Assembly (NCBI GenBank): GCA_050246315.1 | Contig: JBFWWG010000003.1 | Span: forward strand, 394,842 to 406,426 | Length of the DNA: 11,585 bases | Direction: 5' to 3' | DNA from: Nitrospiraceae bacterium | GTDB lineage: Bacteria; Nitrospirota; Nitrospiria; Nitrospirales; Nitrospiraceae | Shown: one piece after another, positions 1 to 5,846 of the stretch | How the letters are laid out: each line of letters starts with the position of its first letter | How positions within the stretch are numbered: position 1 is the stretch's first letter | Notes under the pieces: generated by a model | Database searches by the model: none | What the model was told of the DNA's origin: nothing | Seen by the model: the letters and a program-made list of their open reading frames with translations, nothing else | Program-made: the position numbers and the translations under genes

Positions 1-900
1 GGGCCATCACCATTTGGTCCGACAACGCCATCAATGCGCCCAAAGTCGTCCCGGTGAGCTTGACTGTGACGGCCGCGTCCGCAAAACCGACGATCGGGTT
101 CAGTCCGCCGAGCTTGTCGTTCACTGGCACCACCGGCGGGAGCAACCCCGCAGCCCAGAGCATCACGGTCACGAACGCCGGGACCGGGACCCTCACGTGG
201 ACTGTGGCAGATAATGCCAACTGGCTGACGGCGACCAAGTCCGGGAGCACCATCACCGCGGCCGTCAACCTCTCCGGCTTGGCCGCCGGCACCTACACCA
301 GCACCATCATCGTAAGCGCCAACGGCGCCACGAACACCCCGCAGACGATCCCGGTCAGCTTGACCGTGGCGGCTGCCACACCAGCCCCAACTATTGCTGT
401 GAGTCCTGCGAGTCTTTCCTTTACCCTTGCTGGAGGTACGCCCGCTACCTCACAGCAAACCATTGCTGTATCGAATACTGGAGGGGGCACGCTCAAGTGG
501 GCAGCCTCGAATAACGACCAACCTTGGATGTGGCACGATTTCACCACCAACTCGGTCACAGTCTATGTCCAGTCCTCAGGGCTGGCGCCTGGAACCTACA
601 GTGGGGCCATCACCATTTGGTCCGACAACGCCATCAATGCGCCCAAAGTCGTCCCGGTGAGCTTGACTGTGACGGCCGCGTCCGCAAAACCGACGATCGG
701 GTTCAGTCCGCCGAGCTTGTCGTTCACTGGCACCACCGGCGGGAGCAACCCCGCAGCCCAGAGCATCACGGTCACGAACGCCGGGACCGGGACCCTCACG
801 TGGACTGTGGCAGATAATGCCAACTGGCTGACGGCGACCAAGTCCGGGAGCACCATTACCGCGGCCGTCAACCTCTCCGGCTTGGCCGCCGGCACCTACA
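1..900 (+). repeat. Intragenic direct repeat: 1-297 vs 604-900 (603-bp period, two domains)
   Basis: Base-by-base comparison gives 296/297 identity. The only difference is C254 vs T857 (synonymous ATC/ATT). The repeat runs off the window's 5' edge. Confidence 0.95.
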
Positions 901-2147
901 ACGGGGTGATCACCGTCGCCGCAACCGGTGCGACCAACACGCCCCAAAGCGTGCCGGTCAGCTTGGTGGTGTCCGCCCCGACCACTACCCCGACAATCGG
1001 CTTGAGCCCCGGCAGCTTGGCCTTCAGTGCCACGCAGGGCGGAAGCAATCCGAGCAACCAATCCGTCTCGATCACCAATACCGGCACCGGGACCCTCACC
1101 TGGTCCGTCACCGACAACGCCAACTGGCTGACCGCCACAAAGTCCGGTGGATCAGTCGTGGCCGGCGTGAGCGTCGCCGGCCTGGCCTCCGGCACCTACA
1201 ATGCGGCCATCACGGTCTCCGCCAGCGGCGCCACCAATACGCCGCAAACGATCCCCGTCAGCTTGACCGTGGCCCCGGCCCCGGTGGCCTCCCCGACCAT
1301 CACCCTCACCCCCACCAGCTTTGCTTTGACCGCGCAAGCGGGCAGCACCACGGTCCTCAACCAAACCCTGACGATCACGAATACCGGTGGCGGCACGTTC
1401 AACTGGACCGTGGTCGATGACTCCAACTGGGTGGTCAAGAACGTAGGCTCGGGCAGCGGTAACGGCACCGTCGCCATCTCGGTCAACCCGACGGGCCTCG
1501 CCGCCGGCACGCACACTTCGATGATTACGGTGTCGGCCAGCGGTGCCACCAACACCCCGCAGGTCGTCCCGGTCACGTTGACCGTGACGGCCGCCCCCGC
1601 GCAACCGACCATCGGGCTGACCCCGACCAGCGTGGCGTTCAGCGGAACCACCGGCGGGAGCAACCCTGCAGCTCAGAGCATCACGGTCACGAACGCCGGA
1701 ACCGGGACCCTCACGTGGACCGTGGCAGATAATGCCAACTGGCTGACGGCGACCAAGTCCGGGAGCACCATCACCGCGGCCGTCAACCTCTCCGGCTTGG
1801 CCGCCGGCACGTACAACGGGGTGATCACGGTGTCGGCCACCGGCGCCACCAATACGCCCCAAAGCGTGCCGGTGACCTTGACCGTAAACGCCTCCGGGTC
1901 AACAACGGGATCGGTCACGCTGACGTGGAACGGCAACGGAGAGCAGGATCTGGAAGGGTACAAGGTTTACCGGGCGACCTCGTCCGGAGCCTACGGCGCG
2001 CCCATTGCGACAATCAATGGAAACGTGACCAGTTACGTGGCTAGCGGGTTGCCCAAAGGGACCACGTACTACTTTGTGGTCACCGCCTATGACAACACCG
2101 GGAATGAAAGCTCGTATTCGAATGAAGTGAGCAAGAGCGTGTACTAG
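3..2147 (+). CDS. Large surface/secreted protein with tandem BACON-like Ig domains and a C-terminal fibronectin type III domain (5'-truncated by the window edge)
   Basis: The frame is open from position 3 (AITIWSDNAINAPKVVPVSL...), so the track's GTG start at 54 is internal. Six ~100-aa units start at PTI motifs (nt 87, 387, 690, 990, 1293, 1605). Each follows the BACON-like pattern P-x-S-L-x-F...I-x-V-x-N-x-G-x-G-T-L-x-W...W-L...GL-x-x-GTY...I-x-V...P-x-x-V-P-V-x-L-T-V. The FN3 domain starts at ~1908 (SVTLTW...DLEGYKVYR...GLPKGTTYYFVVTAYD..GNES..SNEV). Stop is TAG at 2145-2147. Confidence 0.9.
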   Translation, partial: AITIWSDNAINAPKVVPVSLTVTAASAKPTIGFSPPSLSFTGTTGGSNPAAQSITVTNAGTGTLTWTVADNANWLTATKSGSTITAAVNLSGLAAGTYTSTIIVSANGATNTPQTIPVSLTVAAATPAPTIAVSPASLSFTLAGGTPATSQQTIAVSNTGGGTLKWAASNNDQPWMWHDFTTNSVTVYVQSSGLAPGTYSGAITIWSDNAINAPKVVPVSLTVTAASAKPTIGFSPPSLSFTGTTGGSNPAAQSITVTNAGTGTLTWTVADNANWLTATKSGSTITAAVNLSGLAAGTYNGVITVAATGATNTPQSVPVSLVVSAPTTTPTIGLSPGSLAFSATQGGSNPSNQSVSITNTGTGTLTWSVTDNANWLTATKSGGSVVAGVSVAGLASGTYNAAITVSASGATNTPQTIPVSLTVAPAPVASPTITLTPTSFALTAQAGSTTVLNQTLTITNTGGGTFNWTVVDDSNWVVKNVGSGSGNGTVAISVNPTGLAAGTHTSMITVSASGATNTPQVVPVTLTVTAAPAQPTIGLTPTSVAFSGTTGGSNPAAQSITVTNAGTGTLTWTVADNANWLTATKSGSTITAAVNLSGLAAGTYNGVITVSATGATNTPQSVPVTLTVNASGSTTGSVTLTWNGNGEQDLEGYKVYRATSSGAYGAPIATINGNVTSYVASGLPKGTTYYFVVTAYDNTGNESSYSNEVSKSVY
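1647..1828 (+). repeat. Third copy of the BACON core repeat (matches 732-913, offset 915 bp)
   Basis: 182 nt with 6 mismatches to 732-913, all at synonymous third codon positions. Confidence 0.92.
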
Positions 2148-2240
2148 TTGGGAAGAACAGAACCAGAACGGAAATCCGGACGATCACAACCAACTGTTCG
2201 ACAGAGAGGCAGGACGACACACATGGATGGGAGGATCTCA

Positions 2241-3071
2241 ATGAAACGGGTCATGTTCTTACTACTGTTGGCAATGGCAGTCGCCCCTGAAGCCTGGGCC
2301 CAAACCTGGCCAAATGAGCCAGCGGGCTCAACTGTGATCAATGATTGGGGCTGGAACAGTTGTCCAGGTGGCGGCTGGCAACCGGCGTATGGATGCGGGT
2401 TCATCCGATCTGACGCAACGGCCCCGCTCTCGCCATCAAGCATCTTGAGGTATGAATATAACACGTCTAGCGGGTACGGAGGGGGAGACCCCTTTATTGG
2501 CCTCAACAACGATGAGATCTTTGTCGGGTTATGGATGAAGCTTTCCAATCCATTCGTTGGCGATGCAAGCGGTAGCAACAAGTTGTTCTATTTCTCTGTA
2601 GGAGGTTCTGGCTATGGACTGTGGTTCAAGGCGACCGGCCCGCAATCGACTGGCCCGCGTTATGCCACGGTTCATCTCCAGGGTGTAGACCCGGCGATCG
2701 ACAACTGCCATATCTCGGGCTGGGGTGAATGCTCCAACCGAACCTGGCAAGGCGGTCCCAATATCACTCTCGGAGTATGGCACCGTGTCGAGTACTACTA
2801 CAAGCGCAGCAGCTCGAAAACAAGCCGCGACGGCATTTCCCGTGTGTGGTTGGACGGTGCGTCGGTCATCAATGTCACGAATCTCAACACACCGCAATCG
2901 TCGCTCGACGTACTCTATATCACCACGACGTGGACTCCCCCCGTGGATCGGTCCAATCCTGACATGATCTCGTTCGACCATATCCATGTGAGTGCTCCTT
3001 CTGGCGGTGGGGGCACCCCGAAGGGTGACACGACCCCTCCTGTGGCACCCACTGGCCTTCGAGCAAATTGA
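2241..3071 (+). CDS. Secreted protein, ConA/jelly-roll polysaccharide-lyase-like, 276 aa, with a C-terminal PPxAPTGL tail
   Basis: GGGAGG at 2229-2234 precedes ATG 2241. There is a Sec signal peptide MKRVMFLLLLAMAVAPEAWA|Q. The motifs 'SNKLFYF', 'LGVWHRVEYYYKRSS...DGISRVWLDG' and 'ISFDHIHVS' are typical of beta-jelly-roll lyase/LamG-like domains. Four Cys occur as two close pairs. A Gly linker leads into DTTPPVAPTGLRAN-stop. The CDS is confident; the enzymatic function is inference. Confidence 0.75.
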   Translation: MKRVMFLLLLAMAVAPEAWAQTWPNEPAGSTVINDWGWNSCPGGGWQPAYGCGFIRSDATAPLSPSSILRYEYNTSSGYGGGDPFIGLNNDEIFVGLWMKLSNPFVGDASGSNKLFYFSVGGSGYGLWFKATGPQSTGPRYATVHLQGVDPAIDNCHISGWGECSNRTWQGGPNITLGVWHRVEYYYKRSSSKTSRDGISRVWLDGASVINVTNLNTPQSSLDVLYITTTWTPPVDRSNPDMISFDHIHVSAPSGGGGTPKGDTTPPVAPTGLRAN

Positions 3072-3111
3072 AACGGGAGGTTACACTGGATGCTGGAGAT
3101 GTAGGAGGCGG

Positions 3112-4140
3112 CTATGGGATTAAGTCTATTGCAGGCCCACTCTCAACGATCTGACCTGACGCCGATGTTTGCTGTGTGGTGACCAAGGCCGGCTCATAGC
3201 TTTGCAGAACATATAGTGGGCGACGCTTTGTCTCATCAAACATCCGACCAAGGTATTCCCCCAAAATACCAATCGTAATGAGTTGGATACCTCCTAAGAA
3301 TAGGATCGTCACCATCAGGGATGGATATCCAGCAACTGGATTTCCGTATACCAGCGTTTTAAAAACGATAACACCCGCATACAGAAACGCACCCGCTGCG
3401 ATCATCAGGCCAAAGTAAGTCGCGAATTTCAGTGGTGCAATGGTAAAGGATGTAATCCCCTCGATTGCAAAGTTCCAGAGCTTCCAATAGTTCCACTTCG
3501 TGGCCCCCGCAAAACGCGGATCTCGATTGTATAGCACTGCCCTCTGTGGAAATCCGACCCATGCATACAGCCCCTTCATAAATCGATGCTGTTCACGTAA
3601 CTCCTTTAACGCTTCGACAGCCCTTCTGCTCATAATTCGGAAGTCACCAGTATCCTCTGGAATTGACACACGACTGACCTTCTGAATAACACGATAGAAA
3701 AAATAAGATGTCATCTTCTTGACTATGCCTTCACCTTCTCGCTTCTTCCGTTTGGCATAGACAACATCAAACCCGTTACACCATTCGTCAAGCAAAATTG
3801 GGATCAATTCGGGCGGATCCTGCAGGTCCGCGTCAATAATGATGATCGCGTCACCCTCTGCATGATCAATCCCAGCGGTCATGGCAATTTCCTTCCCGAA
3901 ATTTCTACTCAGGTCCACAATCGCCACGTGTGTGTCTGCTCGCCGTAGCTTGGTCAATTCCTCAAGGGTATGATCGCTGCTTCCATCATTCACATAAATG
4001 ATCTCGAAGCAAACGGCGAGTTTGCCCAACACAGCAGTGAGACGTCTATGAAATTCACCCAATACCTCGATCTCGTTATAACAAGGAACCACAATGGAGA
4101 TCATTGGAACGTGTGTCTGTTCGGCCCTGTCAGACCGCAT
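3112..4140 (-). CDS. GT2 polyprenyl-phosphate glycosyltransferase (GtrB/CsbB/YkcC-like)
   Basis: Motifs ISIVVPCYNE, VNDGSSDHT, LSRNFGKEIAMTAG, IDADLQDPPELI, GFDVVYAKR, DTGDFRIMSR, RFMKGLYAWVGF, R.AG.TKW, two C-terminal TM helices and GEYLGRMFDETKRRPLY. The start at 4140 overlaps the upstream gene's 3' end by 11 nt. An alternative ATG lies at 4104. Confidence 0.93.
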   Translation of the reverse strand: MRSDRAEQTHVPMISIVVPCYNEIEVLGEFHRRLTAVLGKLAVCFEIIYVNDGSSDHTLEELTKLRRADTHVAIVDLSRNFGKEIAMTAGIDHAEGDAIIIIDADLQDPPELIPILLDEWCNGFDVVYAKRKKREGEGIVKKMTSYFFYRVIQKVSRVSIPEDTGDFRIMSRRAVEALKELREQHRFMKGLYAWVGFPQRAVLYNRDPRFAGATKWNYWKLWNFAIEGITSFTIAPLKFATYFGLMIAAGAFLYAGVIVFKTLVYGNPVAGYPSLMVTILFLGGIQLITIGILGEYLGRMFDETKRRPLYVLQSYEPALVTTQQTSASGQIVESGPAIDLIP

Positions 4141-4597
4141 CGGTCTTCCTCCGGAAGGTCCAGATCAGATTCACTGCAAACCCCCAGACAAGTACAGTCC
4201 CTGTCGAAAGACACTGTGCCAGCAAATAATGTGCCTGTAGATGATGAATGCACAATCCCATGATCACCGTATTCAAGATGAATCCGATCAGAGCAACGCC
4301 AAAAAATCTGTACATCGTCGACAAGTGTGACTGCCTGCTCTCAAAGGTATAGTGATAGTTGATGAAATAATTTATGAACGCCCCAACAACAGACCCCAGA
4401 GAGGAAAACACTACCGGCATGCCCAGCATGTGCACACCAACAACCAAAATTAGATACTGCGCGGCGGTACCTATACCTCCGGTCATGCAATAGCGTAAAA
4501 ACACCTTTCCCGTTTCTGGTCGTCTGCCAAATCGCTCTAATGACTTCACGGCATGAACTCGGGGATGGCCCACACCGACAGGATGAAGAAGAGCCAT
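4130..4597 (-). CDS. GtrA family small flippase (lipid-linked sugar translocase)
   Basis: About four TM segments with GtrA hallmarks: FLRYCMTGGIGT, NYFINYHYTF, RFFGVALIG, YLLAQ...NLIWTF. It lies directly upstream of the GtrB-like gene. The exact start is uncertain. Confidence 0.9.
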   Translation of the reverse strand: MALLHPVGVGHPRVHAVKSLERFGRRPETGKVFLRYCMTGGIGTAAQYLILVVGVHMLGMPVVFSSLGSVVGAFINYFINYHYTFESRQSHLSTMYRFFGVALIGFILNTVIMGLCIHHLQAHYLLAQCLSTGTVLVWGFAVNLIWTFRRKTDAV

Positions 4598-4604
4598 GCT
4601 TACC

Positions 4605-5846
4605 CTACGAGACTAGCACTTGACTCTTCCGCCCATAAGTCTCTAGCGACTCTGTTATTCCCAATCCCGCCAGCGCAATAATAAACGGCATGACAGGCAA
4701 CATGTAGCGGAACAACGGAAGTGTGAGCCAATGCAGCAAGATGAAGTACAGAATGCCAGGCCCCAATATCGCAAGATACTGCCGGTGTCTCACCCAGGCA
4801 ACCCACGATCCCATGACTGCGGCCACATAGATCAAGCCATTGATAAAGAGTATTATTCGCTCGTTGTTGCCCGACTCGGTTGAATACCATAAGCGCCCGA
4901 ATTTCATCGCCATGAATGGCACAATACTGAGCGGATCTTGTTCCAAGCGCATTTTATAGCTTTCAAGTCCTGCACGAATGAAGAATCGATCCATAGCCAC
5001 AGGTCCGTCCTCATTGGATGGCACATGGAGTCCTCGCGCTTCTAATTGCTCAAAGTATTTTTCGTAGTGCTTTTTGTTCTCGATAGTCAGAAACTCATCC
5101 GAAGCTCCTTGGAGCAGTACGCTGCCCCCAGTCGCAACAGGGACAAATTCGTGCAGGACGAGATAGTTGCGCACAGCCCATGGACACAGAATTACGCCGT
5201 AGGAGAGCAGGAAGATCATACACCCCTGCATTACACCTTTGGGAAGATGCCGATAGGCCACAAGTAGCCCCAGAAGGAGAAAAACAGGCAAGAATTGTGT
5301 GGTTCCTCTTGTTAACGTTGCAAATCCCAGGACCATTCCCGCGGAACTATATAGTTTCCATGATTGAGGATTCTGAACTATTCGCAGAGCGAGCAAAACA
5401 AACAGACTGAGCAGAAAAGTAAACATGGCTTCCGAGCCTATGTACAAAGTCGCATAGATGGAAAAAGGATACACTGCCCACCCAATCGCCGAGAATATAC
5501 CGACGCTGGACCCAATCAATTCTCGAACAATGACGTACACCATGACGCTCGTGATTGAATCTAATACGATTTGGAAGAGCTTGATAGGGACCTGTTCATT
5601 GCCGAACACATATGATCCGAATGCTATGACTACGGCATAAAGAGGTGGAGTAAAGACGGGGTATAAAGGGTCCTTGAAACCCTCCCCCTCCAGAATCAAC
5701 TGAGCCCCACCAAGATAGGCTGTGACTGCATTGGTCGATAGATGTGGCGCAGGAACAATCCACATCGCGAAGAGTCTTAGAACAAGAGACAGTATGAATA
5801 AGGCGATCATCGCCTTTCGGTGCTGGTAAATAGCCTCGGGCTTCAC
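4605..5846 (-). CDS. GT-C fold integral membrane glycosyltransferase (ArnT/PMT_2, GT39/GT83-like)
   Basis: A multi-TM protein with LVLRL...Y...A..I..GEG...PPLY, YP..I, SEAMFTFL, G.ATLTR, PWAVRNY..L.EFVP and RYMLPVMP motifs. The GTG start overlaps the asnB TGA (GTGA at 5843-5846). Confidence 0.85.
   Translation of the reverse strand: MKPEAIYQHRKAMIALFILSLVLRLFAMWIVPAPHLSTNAVTAYLGGAQLILEGEGFKDPLYPVFTPPLYAVVIAFGSYVFGNEQVPIKLFQIVLDSITSVMVYVIVRELIGSSVGIFSAIGWAVYPFSIYATLYIGSEAMFTFLLSLFVLLALRIVQNPQSWKLYSSAGMVLGFATLTRGTTQFLPVFLLLGLLVAYRHLPKGVMQGCMIFLLSYGVILCPWAVRNYLVLHEFVPVATGGSVLLQGASDEFLTIENKKHYEKYFEQLEARGLHVPSNEDGPVAMDRFFIRAGLESYKMRLEQDPLSIVPFMAMKFGRLWYSTESGNNERIILFINGLIYVAAVMGSWVAWVRHRQYLAILGPGILYFILLHWLTLPLFRYMLPVMPFIIALAGLGITESLETYGRKSQVLVS

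Noticed and set aside
1..1890. Repeats as a CRISPR array or a diversity-generating retroelement TR/VR pair
   Set aside because: The repeats are long, in frame and coding, with no short repeat-spacer structure. Mismatches are synonymous and not adenine-specific, and there is no reverse transcriptase or cas gene in the window.
14..1963. Alternative-frame and antisense ORFs over the BACON gene (14-214, 524-817, 576-1061, 596-895, 1152-1862, 1196-1663 and others)
   Set aside because: These are shadow ORFs caused by high GC3 and the repeated coding sequence. They recur with the repeat period and show no protein motifs.
2154..2169. AGAAC x3, which also forms GAAC-N7-GAAC (alphaproteobacterial LexA box pattern)
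   Set aside because: It is short and low-complexity, there is no SOS-related gene nearby, and nothing indicates an alphaproteobacterial host.
2148..2240. TTG start at 2148 for the secreted protein, or stop readthrough fusing it to the in-frame upstream gene
   Set aside because: The SD, ATG 2241 and a clean signal peptide define an independent start. The intervening translation looks like non-coding sequence.
3072..3111. Bidirectional intrinsic terminator between the convergent genes
   Set aside because: No convincing inverted repeat or U-tract on either strand.
3112..5846. Prophage-borne serotype-conversion gtrABC cassette
   Set aside because: No integrase, att site, tRNA or phage gene is visible, and the genes are translationally coupled to a chromosomal-type glycan operon.
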